Numbered from the stretch's first letter, positions 26,477 through 36,619 are shown. The stretch: 39,461 bases of DNA from Candidatus Woesearchaeota archaeon (GCA_964342845.1 CAYFGV010000006.1:1-39461), one strand, 5' to 3'. Notes: generated from the sequence alone by a model not told the origin. Translations and numbers: made by a program.

Positions 26477-28339
26477 ATGGATAAAACTAAAGTCTTTTTT
26501 CCTTATGAATCTGTTAGAAGTAGTCAGGATGAGTTTATTAAAGATGTTTTTGAAGTTTTAAAAAATAAGAAGCATTTTTTGGCTCATGTTCCAACAGGAG
26601 TTGGTAAAACTATTTCGACTTTAGGAGTTTGCTTAAGGCATGCTATTGATAATGGTTTAAAAGTGATATTCATTACTCCAAAGCATACACAACATAAGAT
26701 AGCTATTGATACTTTAAGCCATATTAAAGATAAATATGATATTGATTTGCCTGTTGTTGATTTAATTGGGAAGAAATGGATGTGTTTGGTTAAGGGAGCT
26801 AATTTGTTGAGTAGTTCTGAGTTTGGTGATTATTGTTCTGATGTTATAGATAAGGGTGTTTGTGAGTTTTATAATAATTTTAAAGATAAAAGTCAGATTT
26901 TGCTTAGAGAGAGTTTATTACATGAATTAAAGACTAATATTTTGTATGTTGAGGATGCAGTTGAAAGATGCAGTGATGCTAAGATGTGTCCTTTTGAAGT
27001 CATTACTTGTGTTGGAAAGGATGCTAAAGTTATTATATGTGATTATTTTCATATTTTGAGTGAAAGTGTTAGAGAAACTTTATTTGAAAGGTTAAAAATT
27101 AAATTAGAAGATTGTGTGATTGTGGTTGATGAAGCGCAGAATTTGCCTGATAAATGTAGGGATTTGATGAGTACTAAGTTAAGTGGCTTTGTAGTTGATG
27201 GTGCTATTTCTGAGGCAGGGAAGTTTAATTTTGAGTTGGATTTTGATGTTTTAAAATTAAGAGATGTTATGAATGAATTATCTGCTAAGATTCCTTTAGA
27301 TGTTAATGAGGTTTTAGTTAAGAAAGAGGATTTTTTTGATTTGGTTCCTGATTATTTGAAAGTTGCTAATGAACTTGAGGATTTTGCGTCTGTTGTTAGA
27401 GAAGAAAAGAAAAGAAGTTATCTTGGAAGTGTTGCTAATTTTATGAAGGTTTGGTTGGGAGATGATGAAGGTTTTGTTAGGATTTTAGAAAGGGGTTTTT
27501 CTAAGCAAGGTAAACCCATTATTTCTTTAAGTTACAAGTGTTTAGATCCTAGTTTTATTATGGGTCCTATTATTTCTGAAGCTAGGAACGTGATTGGGAT
27601 GAGTGGAACTTTGTATCCTTTAGAGATGTATAATGATCTTCTTGGGTTTGAGAATGTTTTGTTGAAAGATTATAAGAACCCTTTTCCTTCTTCTAATAGG
27701 TTAAATTTGATAGTTCCTGAGACAACTACTAAGTTTACTATGCGTAGTGTTGATATGTATAAGAAGATAGCTATTAAGTGTAAAGAGATGGTTGAAGCTG
27801 TTAAAGGGAATTGTATTGTATTTTTTCCAAGTTATAATATTCGTGATGCTGTTTATGTTTATTTTAAAGAAAGTTTTAAAGGTTCTATTTTTTTAGAGAA
27901 GAAGAATTTATTAAAAGAAGAGAAAGAGATGTTGGTTAATGAGTTTAAGGAATGTAATAAGGAAGGAGGGGTGTTGTTGGGTGTTTCTGGGGGAAGTTTT
28001 GGAGAAGGTTTGGATTTGCCTGGTGATTATTTGAAAGGTGTTTTTATTGTTGGGGTTCCTTTGGGTAGGCCTGATTTAGAGGCTAAAGAATTAATTAACT
28101 ATTATGATTTAAAATTTGGTAATGGTAGAGAGTATGGGTATATATTTCCTGCTTTTGTTAAATGTTTACAGAATGCTGGTAGATGTATTAGAAGTGAGAA
28201 AGATCGTGGAGTTGTTGTTTTTTTAGATGAAAGGTTTTCTTGGAGTATGTATTTTAAATATTTTCCTAAAGATTTGGGTGTGATTGTTACTAGGATGGCA
28301 GAGAAGAAGATTTTTGAGTTTTTTGGGGAGAAGAACTAG
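26477..28339 (+). CDS. xpd: XPD/Rad3/DinG-family Fe-S DNA helicase
   Basis: FPYESVRSSQ Q-motif, PTGVGKT, four Fe-S Cys (WMC, DYC, VCEFY, MCPFE), DEAQ, SGTL, GEGLDLPG, QNAGRCIR. Confidence 0.93.
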   Translation: MDKTKVFFPYESVRSSQDEFIKDVFEVLKNKKHFLAHVPTGVGKTISTLGVCLRHAIDNGLKVIFITPKHTQHKIAIDTLSHIKDKYDIDLPVVDLIGKKWMCLVKGANLLSSSEFGDYCSDVIDKGVCEFYNNFKDKSQILLRESLLHELKTNILYVEDAVERCSDAKMCPFEVITCVGKDAKVIICDYFHILSESVRETLFERLKIKLEDCVIVVDEAQNLPDKCRDLMSTKLSGFVVDGAISEAGKFNFELDFDVLKLRDVMNELSAKIPLDVNEVLVKKEDFFDLVPDYLKVANELEDFASVVREEKKRSYLGSVANFMKVWLGDDEGFVRILERGFSKQGKPIISLSYKCLDPSFIMGPIISEARNVIGMSGTLYPLEMYNDLLGFENVLLKDYKNPFPSSNRLNLIVPETTTKFTMRSVDMYKKIAIKCKEMVEAVKGNCIVFFPSYNIRDAVYVYFKESFKGSIFLEKKNLLKEEKEMLVNEFKECNKEGGVLLGVSGGSFGEGLDLPGDYLKGVFIVGVPLGRPDLEAKELINYYDLKFGNGREYGYIFPAFVKCLQNAGRCIRSEKDRGVVVFLDERFSWSMYFKYFPKDLGVIVTRMAEKKIFEFFGEKN

Positions 28340-28394
28340 TTTTTTCTTGATAAATGCATAAAATTTATAAACATTAACTAATTTCGGATATTTT

Positions 28395-28679
28395 ATGGGA
28401 ATGTATCGGATAATTGGGAATAGTGGATTGGTATATGTTGGTAGATTCCATGGTAATTTAGGGAAAGAAATCATGGAGTCAGTTAGAGATATAAAACAAA
28501 TTACAATTTATGGTTGTGCAACATTACACCCTTTGCTTCACCAAGATACTGCATTAGGTTCTGTGTTATTTGGCTCTCGAGAGGAAATACTTGAAAAGTA
28601 TCAAAGCTTGGATAAAGACTTGAAACATGACCAACCAATACTTTTAAAAAGTATAGAATCTCATTTAAAGTTAGACTAA
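28395..28679 (+). CDS. Hypothetical protein
   Basis: 94-aa ORF with TTTATAAA about 24 nt upstream of the ATG. Confidence 0.55.
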   Translation: MGMYRIIGNSGLVYVGRFHGNLGKEIMESVRDIKQITIYGCATLHPLLHQDTALGSVLFGSREEILEKYQSLDKDLKHDQPILLKSIESHLKLD

Positions 28680-28778
28680 TAAAAAAGATTTCTATTGTTA
28701 GAAAATATTTAATGTGAATCTGTTATTATCTTAAAATGGGAAAGTTTTATAAATAAATGTAAGTTCCTCTTTTTGAAA

Positions 28779-29213
28779 ATGGTGAGTATTAAATATCATT
28801 GTAGTGTAAAGGATTGCGGTAGGGGATTTGATAATATGAGGGATGCGTTTGAGCATGAAAAAGTACCTGTTGTTGAAGGAGATTTTCATGGAGTTGTAGT
28901 GGGGTCTGATACACGTTATGTTTTTCTTGTTAAGTCAAAAGGTTTATCTTCGGAGCATGAAAGGTTGTATGAACGTGCTAGATTACAGGTTAATGATCTT
29001 TATGCAGATGATCCGATGAGACTTCGTAATGGGTTACAGTTTCATATTGGTGGGTATAATGTATCTGAAATAGAGAAAAAAGTAGAGGAAGGTTCTTTTA
29101 AATCTCTTTCTGAAGGAGACATATTAAGGATTAATGATTTAAGTAAGAAAGGTTATTTACTTATTGGTGGAGTTGAAAGAGGAACTTGGAGAACTATCTC
29201 AGAAGATTCTTAA
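28779..29213 (+). CDS. Hypothetical protein with an N-terminal Zn-finger-like motif
   Basis: YHCSVKDCGRGF...AFEHE; TTTATAAA upstream favours ATG 28779. Confidence 0.6.
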   Translation: MVSIKYHCSVKDCGRGFDNMRDAFEHEKVPVVEGDFHGVVVGSDTRYVFLVKSKGLSSEHERLYERARLQVNDLYADDPMRLRNGLQFHIGGYNVSEIEKKVEEGSFKSLSEGDILRINDLSKKGYLLIGGVERGTWRTISEDS

Positions 29214-29617
29214 TAAGTATACCACATATATAATTTAACTAAGACTGTTTTCTGGTTTTCATATTCATAATCTGTTGTTATTATTCTATCATCTACGTAA
29301 ATGTTTTTATCTGGTAGGTCTGAAGGTGTGTCGCATGCTGTTGAATCATCACAAATTTGTATTCTATAGTCGTAAGTGTATGTTATTTTTTGATCTATAA
29401 AATCCTTTAAACATTGGGTATTTTTATCAATGCTACAATCTCTGTATGTTGAGTCATATATAATTGTGTCTAGAATATTATCCATGAATGTATCTAATGC
29501 TGTTGTTGTTTGTTGTTCTGATGTTTGAGAAGGTAAAATATAAATTAAGAATCCAATTAGCATTAAAACAGCTATTAAAGCTTCTATAGTTTTTATGTAT
29601 GCTTTTTTATTTACCAT
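29210..29617 (-). CDS. Minor pilin-like protein (class III-like signal peptide)
   Basis: KKA followed by a hydrophobic helix; last gene of the pilus operon. Confidence 0.65.
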   Translation of the reverse strand: MVNKKAYIKTIEALIAVLMLIGFLIYILPSQTSEQQTTTALDTFMDNILDTIIYDSTYRDCSIDKNTQCLKDFIDQKITYTYDYRIQICDDSTACDTPSDLPDKNIYVDDRIITTDYEYENQKTVLVKLYMWYTY

Positions 29618-30309
29618 GTTTTTATTGTTATTATAATAGGTTCTACTGTTGAGTCTTCGTTGAGTATGTTTGTATGGAGATTTAAGACGTTAATTTCTAT
29701 ATCTTCTAAAGGAAGGGCACCTATTTCTTTATCTGAAACACTAATGTAAAAGTCTCTGTTTGAAACATAATTCCATTCTGCTTTTAAAGTTTCATAGTCT
29801 TTAGTAGCTAATTCATCAAGTTTATCTAGAGAGATTCCTGTCTTTAATTCATAAACACCATAAGTATACTCTTTGTAATCTGGAAGAAGAGTGCCAGAAG
29901 GACTAATAGGATTATAATTATCTTTTGGATAAATAATCCAGAATATATATTCTTCATTTAAAGTTAAATCGAATGAGCCGAATATTAAATCTGAATTAAT
30001 AATTTCGTATTTCATTTCACCATGTGAATCGTCTAATATCCAGAAAGATCCTTCATCCCATGCAGCATATTGGTGAGGAATTTCGAGTTTAGCATTAAGT
30101 TCATTTGTTTCTCCTGTTATAAATAAAGGTACGACTTCTAAAGTCCAATAAACATCAGCTGTAAATCCGTTTTTTACTATGTTTATTAAATAATCATCAT
30201 CATATTCTTCTATTATTGCTGGTTTTAGCGTTATTAATAGAAATCCAATATAGATTATGAAAATCCCTACACTTATCATTACATCTACGTGTGAAAATCC
30301 TTTTTTCAT
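29611..30309 (-). CDS. Minor pilin-like protein (class III-like signal peptide)
   Basis: MKKG/FSHVDVMISVGIFIIYI; lies within the pilus operon. Confidence 0.65.
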   Translation of the reverse strand: MKKGFSHVDVMISVGIFIIYIGFLLITLKPAIIEEYDDDYLINIVKNGFTADVYWTLEVVPLFITGETNELNAKLEIPHQYAAWDEGSFWILDDSHGEMKYEIINSDLIFGSFDLTLNEEYIFWIIYPKDNYNPISPSGTLLPDYKEYTYGVYELKTGISLDKLDELATKDYETLKAEWNYVSNRDFYISVSDKEIGALPLEDIEINVLNLHTNILNEDSTVEPIIITIKTW

Positions 30310-30311
30310 TT

Positions 30312-31154
30312 TTAAATAATTGATAATGTTAATGTTATTATTAAGTATCCTGAAGCCATTAAAATTAAAGAATGTTTTATTCCTTTTAAAATATCTCCTT
30401 CTGAGAACTTACCAATCATTAATCCTGCAAATAAACCTTGTATAAGGACCATTGCTAAGAATATGTTTTCTATATTTATTTGGCTTGTAAATCCTTGTTC
30501 TTCTGCAAGGGCACCAACACCACTGCTTATTCCTGTTAAAGTTACACCTGCAACATCTCCTAGTTGTGGTATTAGATAAATCTTTATTACTAACATAATA
30601 GCTATAAAAATAAAGAAAATAAAATAACCTTGAATTAGTTGGCTATATGCATTGCTTCTTCTTTCATCTTTTAGTTTTTTGATTTGTAGAACTGAATTTG
30701 TTATTGAATCTAAAACATCTGTTATATTTCCTCCACTCTTTTCTGCTTCTATGACTATTGATATTGATTTTTTAACGACTCTATTTCTAGTGTCTGAAGC
30801 AAAAGTGTTTAGACAGCTGCTTAAAGGAATTCCCCATGTTATTTGGTTTGCTAATTTTTTTATGTGGGGGTCTAATGCACCGTAATTAGCTTTTGAGATT
30901 TGAAGTATTGCTTTTGATATTGGAATGCCTGATTTAACTGTGGAAGCTAGAGCTCTAGAGAATTCTAAGAATTTTTCTTCTTTTTCTCTTTGTTTTAGGT
31001 TGTTTGATATTATATCTATAAAGAATTGTATAGATCCTATGATAAGTCCTATAGCAAGTATAAATTTAAACCATTTATTTTCGTATAAAAAAATTATAGA
31101 TAGTAAGACTATTAAGAATCCTATTACTATTCCGATTATGTATCTTGTTTTCAT
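30312..31154 (-). CDS. pilC: Type IV pilus platform protein (T2SS-F/TadC family)
   Basis: SGIPISKAI, YGAL, WGIPL, EAEKSGG, QGLFAGLMIGKFSEG. Confidence 0.9.
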   Translation of the reverse strand: MKTRYIIGIVIGFLIVLLSIIFLYENKWFKFILAIGLIIGSIQFFIDIISNNLKQREKEEKFLEFSRALASTVKSGIPISKAILQISKANYGALDPHIKKLANQITWGIPLSSCLNTFASDTRNRVVKKSISIVIEAEKSGGNITDVLDSITNSVLQIKKLKDERRSNAYSQLIQGYFIFFIFIAIMLVIKIYLIPQLGDVAGVTLTGISSGVGALAEEQGFTSQINIENIFLAMVLIQGLFAGLMIGKFSEGDILKGIKHSLILMASGYLIITLTLSII

Positions 31155-32278
31155 AGTCCTGGTTTGTTTAGGCTTAGGAATGTTATAAATAATATATTAA
31201 GTAAGGGCAATCCTACATATGTGCCGATGTTTGCTATAAGGTAAACTGGTATGTTTCCAATACTTGGCGATATTCTTTCCATAATGACCATTGTGATTAA
31301 TAGTAGTAATGGGGCTGCTATTAAAACAGCTGTATAAATGTCAGAGTAAGTAGCTAATGAAGCAAGATGTTTTTCTTGAGATATTCTAAAATCATCTAAG
31401 GAATCTTCTGCTTTTTCACGAAGATAGTTTGTTAGACTGCCTCCTGTTTCTACGCTTGAAGCCATACCATCTAAGAGTTCTTTTAATTCACGTGATGTTG
31501 TTGTAGCAGCAACTGCTTTTAAGGATGTTGTAAGGTTGTAACCAAATAGGTTCATGTTGTTAACTATTTTTTTAAATTCTGGATCTAGTTCTTTATAATC
31601 TTTTGATTCTATTAAAAGTTCAAAAATCTTGGATGGTGTTGTTCCTGAGCCTGAAATTGCAGCCATATGGATGGTAGCAAAAACTAATTCTGTTTGCATT
31701 CTGTTTTGTCTTCCACGCAATATAGATCTCGGATAGAAGTATATTATGTTAAACACTAGAATTGGAGTGAAGATTATTATAAGTATAGAATAGAGTATTG
31801 TTGGAGCAAGAAAAATAGATAAGATTATTGAAAGAGGTATAGAAGCTAATGTTGAGAACAAGAGGATGCTTACGTATGTTCTGAATAATATTTTAATATT
31901 TGCTTGGTGTATTTGTTTTTCTAATGGTTTAAATATTGAAGGAATTTTTTCTATTATTTTTAAACTTAGATTCTCTACAAATAGATTTGAGAGCTTAGCA
32001 TATGCGTTTGTTTTATAGATAGAATAAACTTTTTGCGTTTTTCCTTCTTTTAATTTACCTTTTACAAATCTTTTAAGGTCTTCTTTTGATATGTCTAGTT
32101 CGTTTAGGTTTTGTTTTTTTGTTTTTTGTGATAATCTATTTATTGTTTTAGGTTCTGTTAATTTTTCTTGGATTTGTTTAGTGTGATGCAAAACGTTTTT
32201 TAATTTTTCCTCTTTTGAAACGTTGTCTTTTTGGAGTTCTTTTTCTATTTCTTTTCCGTGTTTAAATAGTGATTTCAT
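31151..32278 (-). CDS. pilC: Type IV pilus platform protein (T2SS-F/TadB/ArlJ-like)
   Basis: HMAAISGSG, MNLFGYNL, VETGGSL, SDIYTAVLIAAP; TM helices. Confidence 0.88.
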   Translation of the reverse strand: MKSLFKHGKEIEKELQKDNVSKEEKLKNVLHHTKQIQEKLTEPKTINRLSQKTKKQNLNELDISKEDLKRFVKGKLKEGKTQKVYSIYKTNAYAKLSNLFVENLSLKIIEKIPSIFKPLEKQIHQANIKILFRTYVSILLFSTLASIPLSIILSIFLAPTILYSILIIIFTPILVFNIIYFYPRSILRGRQNRMQTELVFATIHMAAISGSGTTPSKIFELLIESKDYKELDPEFKKIVNNMNLFGYNLTTSLKAVAATTTSRELKELLDGMASSVETGGSLTNYLREKAEDSLDDFRISQEKHLASLATYSDIYTAVLIAAPLLLLITMVIMERISPSIGNIPVYLIANIGTYVGLPLLNILFITFLSLNKPGL

Positions 32279-32510
32279 CTTTTGCTATTTTCTCTATATT
32301 TTTTGTTACTGATAGTACATTCTTCAAGTACGTTTCTATTTGATTGTTTAATTTGTTAAATGATTTTTTATATTGTTTTCTTAAGTTTTTCGGCAAGTTA
32401 TTTGTCTGGAACCTGTTAATTATGTGGTTTCTTTGGGAGTCTAGATTATTGCAAGCTTCTAGAAGTTCTAAAAGCGTTTCTGAATTTTGGTAAATTCTTT
32501 CGAGTGTCAT
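32262..32510 (-). CDS. Small helical protein, possibly a detached N-terminus of the downstream platform gene
   Basis: Start overlaps the pilB stop (ATGA); overlaps the next gene by 17 nt. Confidence 0.55.
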   Translation of the reverse strand: MTLERIYQNSETLLELLEACNNLDSQRNHIINRFQTNNLPKNLRKQYKKSFNKLNNQIETYLKNVLSVTKNIEKIAKDEITI

Positions 32511-34060
32511 ATTATGTTAAATCTTGATAAAACAATGTTTGGATCTTTATAATATTCATTTATTATGGCTGTGACTCTTTGAGGAGAGAATACTGAGGTT
32601 TCATACATTCTTTGTAAAAGCCTTGTTCTTAGTTCTAGTTCTCTTTGCAAAACTTGAATATCTATTCCTTGTTCTTGTGCTATCTTTTTGAAGATTTCGC
32701 TTTCTTGTGATTGATTAAATGCGTCTGTTTTTGGGTCCCAAATAAAGGCTTGGTTTATATTAGATTGTTTTGTTTGCTCATCAACGTTTTTTATTTCACT
32801 TATTTCCCTTACCCTTCTTACAGAATATCCTTTGATTTTAGCTTGGTTTATAACACAGACTGCATCTAAGGATTCGACTAATGAAGCTGATAAGTTTATT
32901 GGTGGTGTGATTAATCTTTTGATCATTGTGTCTACGGAGTCTGCATGCATTGTGCCTAGTGATGGGTGGCCAGAAGCCATTCCTTGGAATAGAACAAATG
33001 CTTCTTTTCCTCTAATTTCTCCAATGATTACATAGTCTGGTCTTTGTCTAAAACTTTCTTTTAAAAGATCAAATAGGGTTACTTCTCCATATTTTTGCCC
33101 TATTATATTTGCTAGTCCAACGCCTGCACGTGCTACTGAAGGAAGCCAATTTGTGTGGTATAAACTGAGTTCCCTTGTGTCTTCTATAGATACAACTCTT
33201 GCTGAAGGAGGTATAAAAAATGTTAATCCATTAAGAAGAGTGGTTTTTCCTGATGCTGTTCCTCCAAGAATCATTATATTTTTTTCGTGTTCAATTAAAA
33301 GCCAGAGATAAGCCAATACTCTTGGAGAGGTAGTATTTAATTGGATTAATTGAGTTGGTGTCCAAGGAACTTTTGTGAACTTTCTTATTGAAAATGTAGG
33401 TCCTTTTGTAGATATTTCTTCTGTGTATGTAGCGTTAACTCTTGAACCATCTGGCAAAGATCCGTCTAATAAAGGTGTAGCATATGAAATGTATTTATTA
33501 CATTTTTGTGCAATTCTTTCTACGAAATTTCTTAATTCTTCAATTGTTTCGTAAATTATGTTTGTTTTAAGATTTCTATATACTCTGTGGACTACATAAA
33601 TTTCTGAATTTATACCATTACACTCTATATCTTCTATAAAGAAATCTGTTAGTAATGGTTCTATTTTTCCTAAGCCAACAAAATCTCTATAGACGTAATA
33701 CATTATTTTTAAGTAAGATGAAGAGGTTAATTTTATTCTTAATTCATCTAAAAGCACTCTTATGTTTTTTTCTAAGTATTGGATAACTGTTTCTCCTTCT
33801 TTTGTTGCTATATAACTAATGTTGATCAGTTCTCTTATCCCATCTTCTAAAAGATTTAAAACATATCTTTCTTCTTTGGATAGTTCTGGTTCAATTACTT
33901 TATAGATTAATTCTTTGTTATCTTGGTCCCAATAAATGCGTGCATAAGCGTAAGGAGGAATTAAAGGGTAAGTTACATCTAATTTTTCTTTTCTAACTGA
34001 AGGTAGTTCTTGAATTCTTGGAATTTCCTCTATTTTGAAGATTGGGGTTTCTTGAGTCAT
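32507..34060 (-). CDS. pilB: Type IV pilus assembly ATPase (PilB/ArlI/VirB11 family)
   Basis: IEDIECNG, LPDGSRVNA, SIRKF, Walker A GGTASGKT, SIEDTREL, RQRPDYVIIGEIRG, GHPSLGTMHA. Confidence 0.95.
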   Translation of the reverse strand: MTQETPIFKIEEIPRIQELPSVRKEKLDVTYPLIPPYAYARIYWDQDNKELIYKVIEPELSKEERYVLNLLEDGIRELINISYIATKEGETVIQYLEKNIRVLLDELRIKLTSSSYLKIMYYVYRDFVGLGKIEPLLTDFFIEDIECNGINSEIYVVHRVYRNLKTNIIYETIEELRNFVERIAQKCNKYISYATPLLDGSLPDGSRVNATYTEEISTKGPTFSIRKFTKVPWTPTQLIQLNTTSPRVLAYLWLLIEHEKNIMILGGTASGKTTLLNGLTFFIPPSARVVSIEDTRELSLYHTNWLPSVARAGVGLANIIGQKYGEVTLFDLLKESFRQRPDYVIIGEIRGKEAFVLFQGMASGHPSLGTMHADSVDTMIKRLITPPINLSASLVESLDAVCVINQAKIKGYSVRRVREISEIKNVDEQTKQSNINQAFIWDPKTDAFNQSQESEIFKKIAQEQGIDIQVLQRELELRTRLLQRMYETSVFSPQRVTAIINEYYKDPNIVLSRFNII

Positions 34061-34557
34061 ATTTCTGTTATTTCGATGGTTGGTTTGTCATCTCCTCCTT
34101 TATTTTTTGTTATGAGTGTTTTTGATCCTGATATTTGAGATATGTCTGATTCTAGGATTATGATTGCTGAATAATTTAATTTTAGTTCTACATTGAATAT
34201 ATCTTCTTGAGATGTTGCTGTGGTGAGTATTGTTAAGTATCCTGATTGAATTGGTATATCTGTCTCTGATTCTTGGAATTTTGATTCTAAATTGAAAGAT
34301 ATTGAGTTGTCTTCTATTATGAAATCACCTCTGTTTATTGTTATTTCTACTGTTCTTTGTGAACCAGGTCCTTCTGAGTAAACTGCTCTTATGTTTTCAT
34401 CTAAATCTGACATTAAGTTTTTTGTTTGAACTATAACGTTTTTGTTTTTTAGTTGTTCTATTATTGGTAATGTTGTAGCTAGCACTATTGTTAAGATTAC
34501 TACTCCTAATGCGAAGTAGAGTATTGCTGATATCCAGATTCCTGCTTTTTTCTCCAT
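34057..34557 (-). CDS. Pilin-like protein (class III-like signal peptide)
   Basis: MEKKA/GIWISAILYFALGVVIL; EGPGSQR motif. Confidence 0.7.
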   Translation of the reverse strand: MEKKAGIWISAILYFALGVVILTIVLATTLPIIEQLKNKNVIVQTKNLMSDLDENIRAVYSEGPGSQRTVEITINRGDFIIEDNSISFNLESKFQESETDIPIQSGYLTILTTATSQEDIFNVELKLNYSAIIILESDISQISGSKTLITKNKGGDDKPTIEITEI

Positions 34558-34581
34558 TTAAATTAAAAAAAAGAAAAATGT

Positions 34582-35076
34582 TTATGGTGTTGAATCAACT
34601 TGATCCAAGTTTGTTTCAAATGTTACTGCTGTACAAAAACCACTACAATCTGCGTCATCTGTTGCGATATTTGGAACGAACTTTATTGATGTTGCGTCAT
34701 CACACTCTGTGTTTGTTGCTGAGTATGTTGCTGTTCCTGTTTCAAAAGCACTTATGTCGGCTCCTAGACTTAATGTACAATCATTTAATGTGCTTTCTGT
34801 TGAATCTAATACACTAATCGCTGATCCCAGTCCAATTTCAGTGTTTGCTTTGTTATAGATTGTAAGAGTTACTGTTTTAGTATCTGTGTCATATTCTGCT
34901 GCTGTAAATTCTACGTCTAATGCAGCACATTCCATGTTTAAATCAACGTCACACCCTGTTTCTTCTGTTGTTTCTTGGAAAAATGTTGTTCCCCATTGTA
35001 AAACAACTACTGCTAATACTATTGTAAATCCAATTAGTAAGACTGTAGCAATTAATGGCGAAATTCCTTTTTTCAT
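34582..35076 (-). CDS. pilA: Archaeal type IV pilin (likely major pilin)
   Basis: MKKG/ISPLIATVLLIGFTIVLAVVV class III signal; GGAGG SD; T-tract after the stop; six Cys. Confidence 0.9.
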   Translation of the reverse strand: MKKGISPLIATVLLIGFTIVLAVVVLQWGTTFFQETTEETGCDVDLNMECAALDVEFTAAEYDTDTKTVTLTIYNKANTEIGLGSAISVLDSTESTLNDCTLSLGADISAFETGTATYSATNTECDDATSIKFVPNIATDDADCSGFCTAVTFETNLDQVDSTP

Positions 35077-35118
35077 TTTTTTAAACCTCCTTTTTGTTTT
35101 TAATTAACATTTAGTTAA

Positions 35119-35583
35119 TTAGCATGATAAAGTAATTTGTTTTTCTGTGCAAGATATACTACTTAATATTGGGATAATATCAACTTCTTCTAAGTTACCG
35201 ACCATCTCATCAAAAATAGCACCTGTGTTTAAGGTGGCACCTGGTTTTAAGGTGGCACCTGGTGCTAGATTAATTTCTGAAGTTATTGAATTTTTATTTC
35301 CTAAATCGTCTGTCCCTACTATATAGAATGATATCAACTCTATACTTCCTTTATTTTTTAGATTGAATGAAATAGAGTTTGTTGTACAATCTACTAAGTT
35401 AGCAGATATTTCTACGTCTGAAGCACAGGTAAATTCTGATTGTATTTGTTGTCCTTCTTTGGTTCTATATTCTTCTAATAAGTCAGAATACCAAAACCAA
35501 ACAAGTAGAGCTATTACTACTACAAAAGCTATTAATAGAATTGTTGCTATTAATGGTGAGATACCTCTTTTTTTTTGAAACAT
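35119..35583 (-). CDS. pilA: Archaeal type IV pilin
   Basis: KKRG/ISPLIATILLIAFVVVIALLV; TTTATATA upstream. Confidence 0.9.
   Translation of the reverse strand: MFQKKRGISPLIATILLIAFVVVIALLVWFWYSDLLEEYRTKEGQQIQSEFTCASDVEISANLVDCTTNSISFNLKNKGSIELISFYIVGTDDLGNKNSITSEINLAPGATLKPGATLNTGAIFDEMVGNLEEVDIIPILSSISCTEKQITLSC
35228..35263. repeat. Perfect 2 x 18-bp tandem repeat inside the pilin gene
   Basis: tttaaggtggcacctggt at 35228-35245 and 35246-35263 (PGATLK-PGATLN). Confidence 0.95.
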
Positions 35584-35672
35584 TATAAAACTAATTTATG
35601 ATTGTAAGGTATATAAAGTTTTTGGTAAAGTTTTTAGAATTTTGAGGTGGTATAAAAAAGAAAAAATTAAGT

Positions 35673-35870
35673 TTATTTTTTAGGCAATGGTCTTCTTATA
35701 GTAATTGGCAAGATATTTTTTTCAAACTCTGTTTTTGCTATCTCTATAGTGTTATAATTTATTCTTTCTAATGTGTTTTTGGTTAATTTTATTAGACTTG
35801 GAGCACCCATTGCTAGTTGTAGAGCTCTTGCTCCAATTATCCTTGCTCTTTCATATCTTGTATACTTCAT
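35673..35870 (-). CDS. rpoK: RNA polymerase subunit K (Rpo6)
   Basis: [21 protein letters not shown]...LPITIRR. Confidence 0.97.
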   Translation of the reverse strand: MKYTRYERARIIGARALQLAMGAPSLIKLTKNTLERINYNTIEIAKTEFEKNILPITIRRPLPKK

Positions 35871-36619
35871 TTTATTTTTTTCCTTAACTCTTTTGTTGAT
35901 TCAATTATTAAATCTACCATTTTGTCTATTTCTTCAACAGATAAGGCTGCTTCTCCTGATTTTTGCATAGCATGGATATTGTTATTTTCATCTATTGTTG
36001 CTGTTACTTTTGCTTCAAACACTTTTTCTTCTTCTGAGCTTGGGTCAGCTAAGAATGAGTTTTCTATACGTATTGCTGATGCTGTTAGTGGTGTTTTTAC
36101 AATAGGTAGCTTTGTTTTTGTGAATTCTCCATAAACTACTCTGTCTTTTTCTAGTTTTGGAAGAACTGCTGAGTTTAAAGCTGAAATTGCTGCCAAAGCT
36201 GCTGCGTCTAGTAAATTACCTGCGTCATTTAGAGGATATATATCAACAAATACAATCCAAACTAATTCTCCTTTTCTGATGCATAATTTCTTAAAATCAA
36301 TCATTTTACTTTCTCTTATTCCTCTGTCAACAACTCTTGCTAATTCTATTGCTTTTTCTCCTGGCGGACCAGTTTCGAATTCTGGACTAGCCATTGGTGA
36401 TAATTCTGCTCCTGTAATTAGGACTCCTGCATCTTGAGAATCTGGATAAGGTTCACCAACTGTTATTTTTACTCCTGCAAATACTTCTGTTTCTCCTAAG
36501 GTAACTTTTGCTGATCCTTCAGCACTCTTTGATATGTCTGTTTCTATTTTTATTGGTGAGCGCCATTCGTTGAATTTTCTTGAATCGAATCTTATACCTT
36601 TTTCTAAATATGATTTCAT
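35867..36619 (-). CDS. rrp42: Exosome subunit Rrp42
   Basis: [37 protein letters not shown]. Confidence 0.96.
   Translation of the reverse strand: MKSYLEKGIRFDSRKFNEWRSPIKIETDISKSAEGSAKVTLGETEVFAGVKITVGEPYPDSQDAGVLITGAELSPMASPEFETGPPGEKAIELARVVDRGIRESKMIDFKKLCIRKGELVWIVFVDIYPLNDAGNLLDAAALAAISALNSAVLPKLEKDRVVYGEFTKTKLPIVKTPLTASAIRIENSFLADPSSEEEKVFEAKVTATIDENNNIHAMQKSGEAALSVEEIDKMVDLIIESTKELRKKIK

Noticed and set aside
27125..27145. XPD motif II reads DEAQ instead of DEAH
   Set aside because: The catalytic DE and all other helicase and Fe-S motifs are intact; likely a tolerated variant
29210..35583. Archaellum locus
   Set aside because: No arlH, arlF/G or arlC/D/E recognised; two separate short platform genes fit a pilus
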